A DNA stretch of 62,941 nt, filler included, from Octopus bimaculoides (lineage: Eukaryota), in NCBI RefSeq assembly GCF_001194135.2. It is 4 parts of 4 records of this genome, joined end to end, with 100 filler letters (N's around TTAATTAATTAA, not from the genome) between each part and the next. Parts side by side here need not be neighbours in the genome. Positions count along the whole stretch, not along the records: positions 1 to 27,419 come from NC_068986.1; 3 more parts are not named here. One strand, written 5' to 3'. The notes under the pieces were generated by a model. It saw only the letters and a list, made by a program, of their open reading frames with translations, ran no database searches and was not told the origin of the DNA. Numbering within the stretch: the first letter of the stretch is position 1; each line of letters opens with the position of its first letter. Positions 1 to 12,104 of the stretch are shown in pieces. Position numbers and translations under genes: made by a program.

Positions 1-91
1 ATACATACATACACACACATATATATATATGTCACAATATATGGATTCATAATACTATTTTTCTCGTAATCTATAACCTTATATATATATA

Positions 92-137
<46 letters not shown>

Positions 138-345
138 TACATACATCACATACATATGCATACACATTTACATATATACATACATACATACGTACATACA
201 TACACATATATACAAACATTACATACATATACATACATACTTACATATATACATACATACATATATACATACATATGTACATACATACACGCATACATGT
301 ACACAATGTATACTCGTAGACACAGGTGCTGAAAATGTATGTGCA
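1..345. repeat. (TA)n/(TACA)n compound microsatellite, representative of dozens of (TA)n, (CA)n, (GA)n, (TACA)n and (GATA)n tracts in the window
   Basis: Directly visible. Such tracts flank almost every N gap and generate the YI/HT/CV-rich pseudo-ORFs. Confidence 0.97.
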
Positions 346-884
346 TGTATGTGTAAGTCAGGTTTGCTGTAATAGCTCTTAATTCCTCCCATAGTTCTCG
401 ATTTTCTATTCACTTCTGTTTCTTTTGTGGTACAGAAATGCTTGGGCGTTCATAAAATGTGAACAAAGTCAGCATCTTTCGGTACACATAAAAGGGATTA
501 GCGTATTACCGCTAATAGATACCTACTTACATGTATATACATACATACATACATACATACATACATACATACATACATACATGCATGCATACTTACATAT
601 ATGGTGGTTGTGCATTTCTTATGCAGTGTCTGACAACTTCTTGTACTAACACCTTAGATCTATCATGGCGTTCGATGTGTTTTTCTTTTTTCTTTTAAAC
701 CAGACAATGTTTTGAAAAGACACCCACATAAATTGCATATCTGATTTGGATTACCAAGTTCTGCAGTTAAGTTCTGATCTTAATGGGTATTAAAATGTCT
801 TTTGAGGCCACTCTTAGATTTGCAGGCCTGGTGGCATACACAGCATTGACATGGTGGACAGATATACATACATACGTACGTACA

Positions 885-1149
885 TATATATATGTATAAA
901 AATTCATACGCACAGACGTATGTGTATGTGTGTGTGTATGTGTATGTTAGCGTGTGATTGTGTGCACTCGCATATTTATGCATGCGTGCTAAAAATNNNN
1001 NNNNNNNNNNNNNNNNNNNNNNNNNNNNNNNNNNNNNNNNNNNNNNNNNNNNNNNNNNNNNNNNNNNNNNNNNNNNNNNNNNNNNNNNNNNNNNNNNNNN
1101 NNNNNNNNNNNNNNNNNNNNNNNNNNNNNNNNNNNNNNNNNNNNNNNNN

Positions 1150-1183
<34 letters not shown>

Positions 1184-1455
1184 GTATGTATTTGAACTTA
1201 TATTCACTGACATATATATGTATATAAATATAGTAAAGGATATTATTGTAACACGTTTTAGAAATGATTCTTACATACATACATGCATACATACATACAT
1301 ACATACATACACGTATATACTTACTTGCTTGCACACACATGTATATATATATGTATAAAAATTCATACGCACAGACGTATGTGTATGTGTGTGTGTATGT
1401 GTATGTTAGCGTGTGATTGTGTGCACTCGCATATTTATGCATGCGTGCTAAAAAT
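885..1455. other. 112-bp segment duplicated across an N gap (885-996 and 1344-1455), probable assembly overlap
   Basis: Identical tatgtataaaaattcatacgcacagacg...gcgtgctaaaaat on both sides of the gap at 997-1149. Confidence 0.8.
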
Positions 1456-1733
1456 AATGGCTGATTTGAATAGCGAAATAGTACAAATCGTAGAAATATG
1501 TTTTTTAATATACGAAAGTTATTTGCTTGCACAAATGTGTGGAAAAGCGCACACTGAAACAGAAAAACAATGTTAGTACCAATATTCTGTCAATGTTTGA
1601 AAATAGCTAATATAGAATGATTCATTAAAAACGAGATAAAAATAGTTAGATATGCATAAATATTTTATGTATACTTTCTCCAAACGGAGAATATACATAA
1701 ATTTATATTCAAACAACCCGCTGTCATCAAGGG

Positions 1734-1769
<36 letters not shown>

Positions 1770-2059
1770 NNNNNNNNNNNNNNNNNNNNNNNNNNNNNNN
1801 NNNNNNNNNNNNNNNNNNNNNNNNNNNNNNNNNNNNNNNNNNNNNNNNNNNNNNNNNNNNNNNNNNNNNNNNNNNNNNNNNNNNNNNNNNNNNNNNNNNN
1901 NNNNNNNNNNNNNNNNNNNNNNNNNNNNNNNNNNNNNNNNNNNNNNNNNNNNNNNNNNNNNNNNNNNNNNNNNNNNNNNNNNNNNNNNNNNNNNNNNNNN
2001 NNNNNNNNNNNNNNNNNNNNNNNNNNNNNNNNNNNNNNNNNNNNNNNNNNNNNNNNNNN

Positions 2060-2098
<39 letters not shown>

Positions 2099-2102
<4 letters not shown>

Positions 2103-2443
2103 CACTAATGTGACAAGGGTGTTAGAAAACACCTACATTGCTAGAAATAAGACCATAATCGTCCGAAAAGTGTCGATCGAGAATTCTTAATACTGATGCA
2201 TCAGTTTCGGCAATTTCCGTTACCTCATCAGTTAAGACTTCTCGACGGTTTCGCTCTTTCCTGACTCGTTTCGCCATTAGTATTTATGTTTTCGTCCTCC
2301 AAATAATTGGATGATTTAGCGATTATAGTCTCTGCTAGTGTATGTGTTTTCCTTCATGTGCGTTAATTACAGCATTAGAGCGTTTAGCTCTTATTTCTAG
2401 CAACGTCGGTGTTTTCTAACACCCTAGTCACATTTAGTGACAT
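2099..2443. mobile_element. Fold-back element with ~54-bp terminal inverted repeats and an internal hammerhead motif (Penelope pLTR-like)
   Basis: Left arm atgtcactaa-tgtgacaagggtgttagaaaacacctacattgctagaaataaga matches the reverse complement of 2389-2443 with about 3 mismatches and 1 indel. Also 2262-2322 is an inverted copy of 2515-2575, which abuts the GIY-YIG fragment. Confidence 0.75.
2177..2245 (-). ncRNA. Type I hammerhead ribozyme, intact core
   Basis: Minus strand reads tcgagaagtcttaa-CTGATGA-GGTAA cggaaa TTGCC-GAAA-CTGAT gc ATCAG-TA-ttaagaattctcga. Stem I 13/14 bp, stem II 5 bp closed by G-C, palindromic stem III, GUA cleavage triplet. Confidence 0.85.
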
Positions 2444-2574
2444 TTGTAATTTTCCCTTTTAGTGAAACATTGCAAACTGCTGTTTATATTAATTTTATAT
2501 ATGCACATTAGCGAATCACTAAATCATCCAATTATTTGGATGACGAAAACATAAATAGTAATGGCTAAGCGAGT

Positions 2575-2947
2575 CCTGTTATAAGGGAAATAAGTGTAAG
2601 ACTAAAATTGTAATATATAGATGTAAGGCTACATCTGAGGAACTCTATTACATCGATAGGACATCATTAATTTTCAAGAAGAAACTGGAAAATCATTTGA
2701 GTTCATTTAAAGACAAAAATAAAGGGTTCCAAACGAGTCTTAGCTAATTAATCTGGTCTTTTAAGGAGAGTATCAAAAACTATACTATTAAATGAGAATT
2801 AATTTGTACTGCAAAATCATACAGACCTGGAATAGATGTGACCCATGTTTAGAAGAATTTTACTGGCTTTTCACATCCAAGGGTAATGTAATAAATTCTA
2901 GACAGGAACAAGCATAGAAATTCTTGCACATGAGGAAATTCACATTT
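2575..2947 (+). pseudogene. Decayed Penelope-like element GIY-YIG endonuclease C-terminus
   Basis: Manual translation gives KCKTKIVIYRCKATSEELYYIDRTSLIFKKKLENHLSSFKD..TSLS*LIWSFKESIKNYTIK*ELICTAKSYRPG..CLEE..INSRQE, the VIY..YIG..F..R..NH..SF pattern of PLE endonucleases. Has stops and frameshifts. Confidence 0.8.
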
Positions 2948-3447
2948 ACCAAATATAAATGAATAATAATCATTTGAACAATAAAAGGTTTGGTAATAAT
3001 GGACTAAAAATGATTATCCAATAAAAAATTGAAATGAAGATTGTTCGCGTTATACAACGCAAAGTAGATAAAAGAAAATCTTTAAACAGCCAAATCGAAA
3101 GATATCAAGTGAAGAAACTGCATCGGTTTTATACTAGGGTGGCAATTGCAGCGGCTACTAATCGGTGCAATTGAAACGTGTGTTGATCAATGTAAGGTGG
3201 TGTATAAATTAAGGAATTAAAGATAATGCGATGCAACTTTGTACTAATCCTTATTATTGATATTATTAATATTTATACTCCCGGAAACATATATGGTTAA
3301 CGAGATATATTCCGAATTATCCAACAGTATATTCTTCTAATTTCTTATCTTATAAGAACTTCATTTGATTTATATTAACTGTTGAATAACATATTTTGAA
3401 TACCTAACTGAGAGCAAACTAGTAATCGATTTGGGATAATCCATTAC

Positions 3448-3499
<52 letters not shown>

Positions 3500-3534
3500 T
3501 ATGTATAGTACATATGTATGTATGTGTGTGTGTG

Positions 3535-3750
3535 TGTATCTTTGTGTCTGTGTTTGTCACCTTTCACAGCGTGACAATTGGTGTTGGTGCGTTTACGTCA
3601 CCGTATCTTAGCGGTTTGGCAAAAGAGACCCATAAAATAAGTACTTAGTTTTAGAAACAAATCCTAGGGTCGATTTGTTCGACTGAAATCATTCAAGGCG
3701 GTGCTCCAGCATGACCGCAGTCAAATGGCTGAAACAAGTAAAAGAACAAA
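3535..3750 (+). mobile_element. tRNA-derived SINE family A, 3' half
   Basis: Matches the 3' half of the full copy at 53738-54105 (gataaaataagtact...ggtgctccagcatgaccgcagtcaaatggctgaaacaagtaaaag). Confidence 0.85.
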
Positions 3751-3877
3751 ACAATAAAATATATATACATATACATATGCAAATTAAGAACTCTTTCATA
3801 GAGTAACTACTGCATTTGTTGAGTATATAAACAGATTGTCTGTTTGTATCTCTGGAGACTGTCAGAATGATGTGAGC

Positions 3878-3921
3878 GCCTCTGACGAAAAACCCAATAA
3901 GGTTCGAAAATCGATTAAGGT
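3878..3921 (+). ncRNA. Minimal type I hammerhead-like motif, one stem II mismatch
   Basis: gcct-CTGACGA-a-aAACC caataa GGTTc-GAAA-ATCGAT-TA-aggt. Palindromic stem III (AATCGATT), UUA triplet, 3-4 bp stem I, and G10.1 appears mutated to A. Confidence 0.55.
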
Positions 3922-4062
3922 TGTTCATCATTTTTTTTTTCAGTCTCCGGAGAAATGGCTAATATTTGCCCTGTTAATAATTATACCATATGTTACATAT
4001 TCATTATACTGTGTGGAGTAACTGCTGCATTTGTTGACTATATAAACAGTTTAGCTGTTTAT

Positions 4063-4175
<113 letters not shown>

Positions 4176-4593
4176 NNNNNNNNNNNNNNNNNNNNNNNNN
4201 NNNNNNNNNNNNNNNNNNNNNNNNNNNNNNNNNNNNNNNNNNNNNNNNNNNNNNNNNNNNNNNNNNNNNNNNNNNNNNNNNNNNNNNNNNNNNNNNNNNN
4301 NNNNNNNNNNNNNNNNNNNNNNNNNNNNNNNNNNNNNNNNNNNNNNNNNNNNNNNNNNNNNNNNNNNNNNNNNNNNNNNNNNNNNNNNNNNNNNNNNNNN
4401 NNNNNNNNNNNNNNNNNNNNNNNNNNNNNNNNNNNNNNNNNNNNNNNNNNNNNNNNNNNNNNNNNNNNNNNNNNNNNNNNNNNNNNNNNNNNNNNNNNNN
4501 NNNNNNNNNNNNNNNNNNNNNNNNNNNNNNNNNNNNNNNNNNNNNNNNNNNNNNNNNNNNNNNNNNNNNNNNNNNNNNNNNNNNNNNNNNNNN

Positions 4594-4664
<71 letters not shown>

Positions 4665-4862
4665 GTGTGTTTGCGTGTCTGTATTTATCCCCCCATCACT
4701 TGACAACCGATGTTGGTGTGTTTACGTCCCCGTAAACTGGCGGTTCAGCAAATAGAACGGTAGAATAAGTACTAGGTTTACAAAGAATAAGTCCTGAGGT
4801 AGATTTCTTCGACTAAAGGTGGTGCTTCAGCATGGGCGCAGTCAAATGACTGAAACAAATAT
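4665..4862 (+). mobile_element. tRNA-derived SINE family A, 3' half
   Basis: Same body as the 53738-54105 and 57200-57440 copies. Confidence 0.85.
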
Positions 4863-5039
4863 ACATATATATATATATATACATACAGTTTTTTTTATTA
4901 TCTTTTAGTCAGAATGGAAGGTAATGCCCGTGACCATTACAGTGGGAAAGTGGGAAAGAAGGTATTCTAAATTAGAAGCATGACCCGAACGCTCGCAACA
5001 GGATGGACTCCTTTAATGGCACCTAAAGTGTCAGATGCT

Positions 5040-5360
5040 GGTGTTAAGCAGGGCGACTGGTTAAGTCTGCTACCGATGTAGAGTGACATAGCAGTATTTG
5101 TACACAGAACACAAAGAGCAGGAACAAATGCCGCGAAGCATTCTGTCCGATGTATTTATGTGTGTGTCCATACTCTATCGGCCTTTGCCTTTCCCTCGGA
5201 TAACATCGGTAGCCTGGAGAGGGGAGGATGGTATGCCTGGACGACTGCTGGTCTTCCATAAACAACCTTGCCCGGACTTGTGCTTTGGAAAGGAACTTTC
5301 TGGGTGCAATCCCATGGTCATTCATAACCGAAGAAGGTCTTTATCTGTACCCTTTACACA
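5040..5360 (+). mobile_element. Probable interspersed repeat (SINE-like) fragment
   Basis: GC-rich island ending ggtcattcataaccgaagaaggtctttatctgtaccctttac. It resembles a SINE 3' tail as recalled and has only one copy in this window. Confidence 0.4.
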
Positions 5361-6214
5361 GACACACACACATATGTACATACGCACATACATACACGTA
5401 TGCACATGTGTGTGCGTGCATATCTATGCCAACATAATTACATACAAGTATACATGCATATATGTTTTTACACTTACACTTAAATACACTATGTATTCAT
5501 TCCAAACACCATTCCCAGTAATTGACTGATATAAATTTTTTCATTTATGTTTGCTGACGTAGAGACGTAGACACTGCTATTGTGATATTCAAATGAAAAC
5601 ATTGTCGAATGACATAGGTTATCGGGTCTTAAGAATTCATCGAACAAATACTTAGAGATATCTTTGTGAAAAGATGTATGTACATACATACACACATGCA
5701 TACTAAACCTGCTTATATATATATATATATATATATATATNNNNNNNNNNNNNNNNNNNNNNNNNNNNNNNNNNNNNNNNNNNNNNNNNNNNNNNNNNNN
5801 NNNNNNNNNNNNNNNNNNNNNNNNNNNNNNNNNNNNNNNNNNNNNNNNNNNNNNNNNNNNNNNNNNNNNNNNNNNNNNNNNNNNNNNNNNNNNNNNNNNN
5901 NNNNNNNNNNNNNNNNNNNNNNNNNNNNNNNNNNNNNNNNNNNNNNNNNNNNNNNNNNNNNNNNNNNNNNNNNNNNNNNNNNNNNNNNNNNNNNNNNNNN
6001 NNNNNNNNNNNNNNNNNNNNNNNNNNNNNNNNNNNNNNNNNNNNNNNNNNNNNNNNNNNNNNNNNNNNNNNNNNNNNNNNNNNNNNNNNNNNNNNNNNNN
6101 NNNNNNNNNNNNNNNNNNNNNTGGCTTTGATTTCTGTACAGTACATTTTAATGGGGGTGGATTATGTTTATACCGATTTTCCTACCAGAATTTGATCGTT
6201 AGAGTATTAGAATT

Positions 6215-6465
6215 TATGTTAACTGAAGCCAATGGCGAAAGAATTTGACAAGATCAGTAAATATAAAGACTTGCTAATAGAAATTGAAAAAATGTGGCAT
6301 CTCAAGACGACTACCGTACCAGTGATTGTAGGATCTCTAGGAATGATAAAAAAAGGTACTGAAACCTATTTGAAAATGATACCAGGCCTACCAGCCCTAC
6401 AGGAAGTGCAAAAAATCGTGTTAACTAGAACGACTAATGTACTGAGAAGAGCATTATCGCTGTGA
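6215..6465 (+). mobile_element. 3' end of a REL (restriction-like endonuclease) non-LTR retrotransposon, R4/Dong/NeSL-like
   Basis: KEFDKISKYKDLLIEIEKMWHLKTTTVPVIVGSLGMIKK...LQEVQKIVL..T.NVLRRALSL is the K-KY-DL...P.I.G.LG C-terminal REL motif. Confidence 0.8.
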
Positions 6466-8169
6466 AAACAACATCCATTCATGAATTTATCTATCTATTA
6501 TTTTTTTTTACATACATATTTTACCTGTGAATTTGCGTATGTAAACTGGGAATGCATACAATGAGCTTCTCTGCCCTAGGTGTACGGAAAGCACTCGGCG
6601 GAAAATGAAAGAAAATTTAAAGAAAAAAAAAAAGAACATAATAATAAATGCACATAAGATGTTAGTTATAAATTCCTTATAGGTTATATGTATGGGTGAC
6701 ATTATAGTCTAAATTCAATGTTATGTTCAAAAGAAAAAGTATTTTGAGGTTGTTGCAGAAAGAAGCCTCTATGTTGCCTAAGCTCTACGTGATCGAATCT
6801 GTGGGACGTAAACCGTGAGTGGTTGTAACTCTATGTAGTCATACTTCTATGTGATCGAACCATTATGTGATCTAATGGAGCAAACCAGATGTCGTCTTAG
6901 CAACATTATAGATCCCTAGGAAAATCAATGCACTGTGCCCAATAGTATCTATTTATTGACAACAAGCCACAGCATACACACATAGATCATAACTGAGTCC
7001 CCTAGACCCTTGAGGCCCCTGGGCAACAGCCAAGTGCCAGACAGCACTGGATCGAACGGCCCGTTAGAAATAATATATTTTCCCTCAAATCGCTCGCTAT
7101 CATCTCAAAAAAGAAAGGTCACATTTGATAATGTAGTCCAGACAGCTCTATACTCAGGCAACATAAACCGCATAGTCACGACTGGAATGCATTTGATTCT
7201 AGATTAGGGATGATTTATGGCTAAACAACGACTAGTGTGAATTCCCTCTTCATGAGCCAAAGAGGGATCCTCTTCATGGTGATTCGACCTGCTAAAAACT
7301 ATAGTCAAATCTCTCCAAAATATCATTCCACCATTTTAAAAACAGGAGACAATAATTATTGTACCACACAGAGTTTAAACGCAAGATAAGTTGGTCACGA
7401 GTAAAACACCTTTAATTAGATGTCAGTTAGAACTGACCTGGTATTAAACAACATCATCAAGAATGACTCCTTCAATTCATGTAACCCGACAGGCAAACGA
7501 TCCTTGTAATCACCTTTTATACGTTATAATCCCGTGACATTTCTCTGATCCCAAATTTCTTCACTGTTTGGAAACACGCGATAGTATATTACATTTCCTA
7601 AGAACGGCAACCTCTGTGTTCCTGCATATCTCCTCATTTTCTAATGATCGTTAGTCATTCCGAAGCATAATATACTATACTTCACACCCTCTCCTCTTCC
7701 GCAGGTATTATCTATGCACAGTGTAGACACTTTGTACCAAACTTACATGACTGATATGAACCAGTATCCCATTACACATTGTAGTTAGGTAAAGATGTAT
7801 TCTTTTTCAGTCTCTTCTACTCCTCATCAAACCTCAGCCAATTGCAAACCGCCACCACAGCTTAAGTTCATTTGATACACGTGCCTTTCCACGTCTTGTC
7901 ATTTCTGTCGAGACTCACCTATAAGCTTTGTCATAAATAATTCATCAAGTTCTTCATCCTCAGAACTGCACATCATAGGAACCTAGCCCCCCCCCCCCGA
8001 GATTTCCATGTCTTCCTTACGTAGATCAGCTTAGAAAAGTTCGAACTGAATAACTGCTATATCAACTATAAACAGTCTGAGAGTGCTTCTCTTCGCCATT
8101 TTACTAATTTTAAAACTAATTTCTCCTACTATGAATACTAATTTTTAACATAAGCACAAGGTTACGAAT

Positions 8170-8335
8170 TTGACAGAAGTAATTCGATGGGATCAACCCC
8201 AGCTATTGAATGGTACTTTATTTTATCAGTTCGGAAGGATGAAAAGTAAAGTTGATATTGTCGGAATTCGAATTCAGAACTTAGAGAAAATATCGTATGG
8301 CAATTTTTCCGGCTCTCTAACGTATCTACATCGGG
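8170..8335 (-). mobile_element. tRNA-derived SINE family B, diverged
   Basis: Shares tggtacttt..atc..gaaggatgaaa..aaagttga..ggaatt.gaa.tcagaac with the copies at 12105-12730 and 48985-49135. Confidence 0.7.
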
Positions 8336-9086
8336 TAAAATATTGAACTGAACAATAGAAAACCGACAATTTGATACAGAAACTAACAGAAGAAGGTATA
8401 GAGAGCAAGGCACAGACAGGCAAGTTATAATCGGTAGGCAACTAAACTAGATGTTGTTTAGACCCAAATCGCCTCTGCTTAAACAGATCAATAATCAATA
8501 ATCACCCATGTCTATCCCATCCATTTATATAATGCGAGTTTCTTTTTTCCTCTTTTCTTAAGACAGAGGTTGTGATTTGAGGGAATTGCGTGCTATTGCT
8601 AGCAGGTCTAGTGACAGCATAGAAGCTCCCTAGCTAGCTCATATATTGGCAGAGAGGGAGACAATAATTGAAAGCTGACATAAGTTTTAAGAGTGAGCTA
8701 AAGACAGGTTGAAAGTAAATAAAAGAAAGAAAAAACAAATAAGCAGAAATAAAACATTTAAAGAGAAAGAGTAAAACAAGATAATAAAATATGAAAAGCA
8801 TGACAATGAAAATAAAACAAAGTAAATACTGCAGTGAATGGGTTTATTGACGATTCAAGTTGACATAGAACTAACCAGTGAGGAAGAAGTAGAGGTAGAC
8901 GTCGGGGAGGGGGTGGTGAGGCGAAGTGGTGATGGTGGGTCAAGATTGGGTAAGTAGGGATTGATAGGAATGTCTCTCTCCCACGAGAACTGCTGGCACA
9001 TTACTCGGAGGCGGAAAAAAACAGCAGGATGAATACGTTGTTTGTTGACATATCTTATTGACAGTAATTAGGTGATATATACATAC

Positions 9087-9190
<104 letters not shown>

Positions 9191-9366
9191 ATATATATAT
9201 ATGTGTATATATAAATATGTATGCATATATCTATATATACACCCACACACACATATACATATACATATGCATACATACATAAATGCATTTGTATATATAT
9301 ATATACATACACACACACACACACATATATATATATACATATACATACATATATACATATATGTAT

Positions 9367-9427
<61 letters not shown>

Positions 9428-9543
9428 TATATGGACATACACTTTTTGCATACACCTCTATTGACTTTCTCATTGATAACGACGTTCCCTATATATGCAC
9501 AAATGTAATTCCTTCTCAGATAAATTGCACTTTATGTTTTGAG

Positions 9544-9622
9544 GCTCCGATGAAACTATAAGATAAAATTGAAGCACTCAACTATGAGTCCACTCCATCT
9601 CATAGCAGAAACAGCTGTAAGC
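9544..9622 (+). ncRNA. Decayed hammerhead-like motif with ACAGCTGT stem III
   Basis: gct-CCGATGA-[aactataag...ctcatagca]-GAAA-CAGCTG-TA-agc. U4 is changed to C and stem II is partly broken. Confidence 0.45.
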
Positions 9623-9719
9623 TAATGAAGTACATAAGATAATCATCTATTCCTTTGTCATCTCTTTTTCTGATATATCTATATATATATAAGTATATAT
9701 TTATATATATATATGTGTG

Positions 9720-9796
<77 letters not shown>

Positions 9797-9916
9797 CTAT
9801 ATATACATACATGTCAGTCATCTAAGAGACCATAAGTCAAGGAAAAGATGCACTCGTATACCTGTCATTAGAGTGGGTATATTATCTGGAATGTATAGAG
9901 CATTAAATATCCGTCA

Positions 9917-10010
9917 CGGCTGATCTTACCAGTCGGTTTCGCGTAAAAAATGCAATGGAGTGTTAGGTAACAATCCGATTATATAACCTTAGTCTCATCA
10001 GAGTTAGCCG
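9917..10010 (-). ncRNA. Hammerhead-like motif with a long (54-nt) stem II region
   Basis: Minus strand reads cggctaact-CTGATGA-g...c-GAAA-CCGacTGG-TA-agatcagccg. Stem I has about 8 bp with one mismatch and one bulge. Stem II pairing is only partial. Confidence 0.45.
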
Positions 10011-11087
10011 ATATGGAAGGGAATATAGCGACTGCTCCCTATTGTGGGAGGTGGATTGGCACAACCGGTCAGCGCCTTCTGTGAAAAAGGTGGTGAAACG
10101 AAAAACGGTCAGAGGATTAGGTTAGGAGTTATGTCTCTTGGTTGAGTATGTTGTGAAGCCGGTAAAAATTATCTTGAAGTGGGGAAAGTATTATTAGTGT
10201 GGTGCTCCTGTGAGGGTGGGGTGTGTGATATGTGTCGTGGTGTTATATGCATAATTTTTCCGGGGTTGTATGTATATATAGCTGTGTCCGTTGGACTGTT
10301 TTCTTTCTGTAAAGGATAAGGTTGTAGATTTGTTTATGTTAGTGTGCAGTGTGTAATATGTGTGTGTGTGCTTTATGTAAATACATACCCTTCCACACAA
10401 ATTGTACTCCAACACATACATAGACCCACACATACATTACCGTAAAGTTTAAATAACTGACTGAACACAAAAATCAGTCCTAAAGAACGTAATTTATGCT
10501 GATAGGGTGTATAAATCAATTACTAATGAATGAAGCCATGCCTAAAGACTTTAAATGGAAAAAAATGGTCTGAATTTCACACCAGTTAATGCTGAGAAGG
10601 CTTTTTGCAGTGTATCCACCTGTAGATCCCGGAAACATTTGCCACAAATAAGGTAGAATCTACAAGAAACAATTTTGTAGATACAAATTAGTGATTTATG
10701 AAAATAGACCCCGTCTTCATCGAAAAAGGAATTTCAAAGCGGATTTTTTCTCCATTAGTTTTCTTTCTGGCCTAAGCACATTTAGGTAATATGTTAAAGC
10801 AGAATGAACTCGGATACGAATAATATTAGAGGATAACCAATCGTCTCTGTATATGGACGACCTCGACCTAATAGTGTGCATTAAAATAGTAAACACTACT
10901 GCTTATATTATGCAGATTCACTAGAGAAAGGACTGGATACAGAATTCAGATCGGAAAAAAATGTTTCAGAGCAACTTTGAAACAAATCTTTCATGACCGC
11001 TGGTACCAATGTTAGAAAAAGAAGCGGGAATGGTGGGGATCCGACCTAACAGATTCATAACCTCGCTTATTTGTACAGTGAAAGCAT

Positions 11088-12100
11088 GTGACAACAATAA
11101 GACTCTGGCAATAAGATCGGATCTCACTGGTTTTCTTTATTAATCGCTGAAGGTTCACAAAAAGCAATGGAGACGGCACAGGACAATACAATGTGGGGTT
11201 ACCTAAAAGGCGGGTAAAAAGTGAAAAAACAGGAACAATATAAGATTATAACAATGAATAATTCCCTCAAGGAAAGAGAATTCCTAAGGCTGCTTGTGAA
11301 GACCCACGAAACCATGGTTACCCTGACCACTGGAGCAGGTGTCGTCTCTACATCATCTTCCGTCAACCTACAGGCGCATGCTCGTTCATCCACCTTCAAA
11401 CAAAATTACTGAAAGTCTCTTCTCTCTCCCCTTTTACTTTTCTTTTCAAGTAGAACTTGAAAAAGTTGAATGTTTGGCCAAAGAGGAAAATATCTGACTT
11501 TAGCCCTTCTAATCTGGTCCACCACACAAACTCTTTCGCTAAGGCCACTAGGAAAAAAAGAACCTGCTCTTTCCAACCAAAGGAAAGCGACTGGACTATC
11601 TTCACAATGCTCTCAGCCGATAGCAACACCCGTCCTACACATGGCAGCAGGTGTTTCACATAAACCCACAAGTCAGCAATGCTCAAGCATTGGACGAGAG
11701 CGTGCAAAACAGTTTCGTTGCTCTGTGCCGTCTCGAGCAAGCTTGGCTGACGGTACTTTCATACCTGTAGAATTTATCCCGAACCGGCAATACACCCAGA
11801 GTCTCCCAGAGAACGTCGTCGCACTTGTCCGCCGCTAACCTTCTAAAGAGCATCAAAATCGAACTTGACCCAACTGACAGAAGATTATGGGCGTCTAACG
11901 ATACTCTAGGGGCCAGGTGCCCTGCCTCGGTCTATGCTTGATCCAGGACTGCAGCTTAGTCAAAGAGTTGAGCTGTGGAATATCCTGTCTGACAAACAAC
12001 GACTACACCAGCTCACCGTCTAGGAAGCGCTTAAGATGTCATAGCCTCAGCGCATATCTGTGCATCAGCAACCACTGCATGCCCAACCAAGATGGAATTT
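11088..12100 (-). mobile_element. L1/Tx1-clade non-LTR retrotransposon 3' fragment (RT C-terminus, zinc knuckle, 3' UTR)
   Basis: LGMQWLLMHRYALRL*HLKRFLDGELV at ~12100-12000, then NETVLHALVQCLSIADLW...LVALAKEFVWWTR..GL...FNFFKFYLKRKV (ORF 11396-11740, H-x4-C knuckle remnant), and AATAAA near 11140. Confidence 0.75.
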
Positions 12101-12104
12101 TAGG

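Noticed and set aside
3130-3190. caattgca...tgcaattg-aaacgtgtgtt as a sense-strand hammerhead downstream of the PLE endonuclease
   Set aside because: The position fits a pLTR, but CUGANGA is absent and stem I cannot be drawn, so it is too decayed to call.
7880-7985. Minus-strand MMCSSEDEELDELFMTKLI with a gtgagt donor
   Set aside because: Single short segment with no convincing acceptor or downstream exon and no recognisable family.
10535-10670. BED-finger-like text (KWKK.SEF..V.AEKAFC..C), possible hAT remnant
   Set aside because: Requires frameshifts, and no TIR or transposase core was found.
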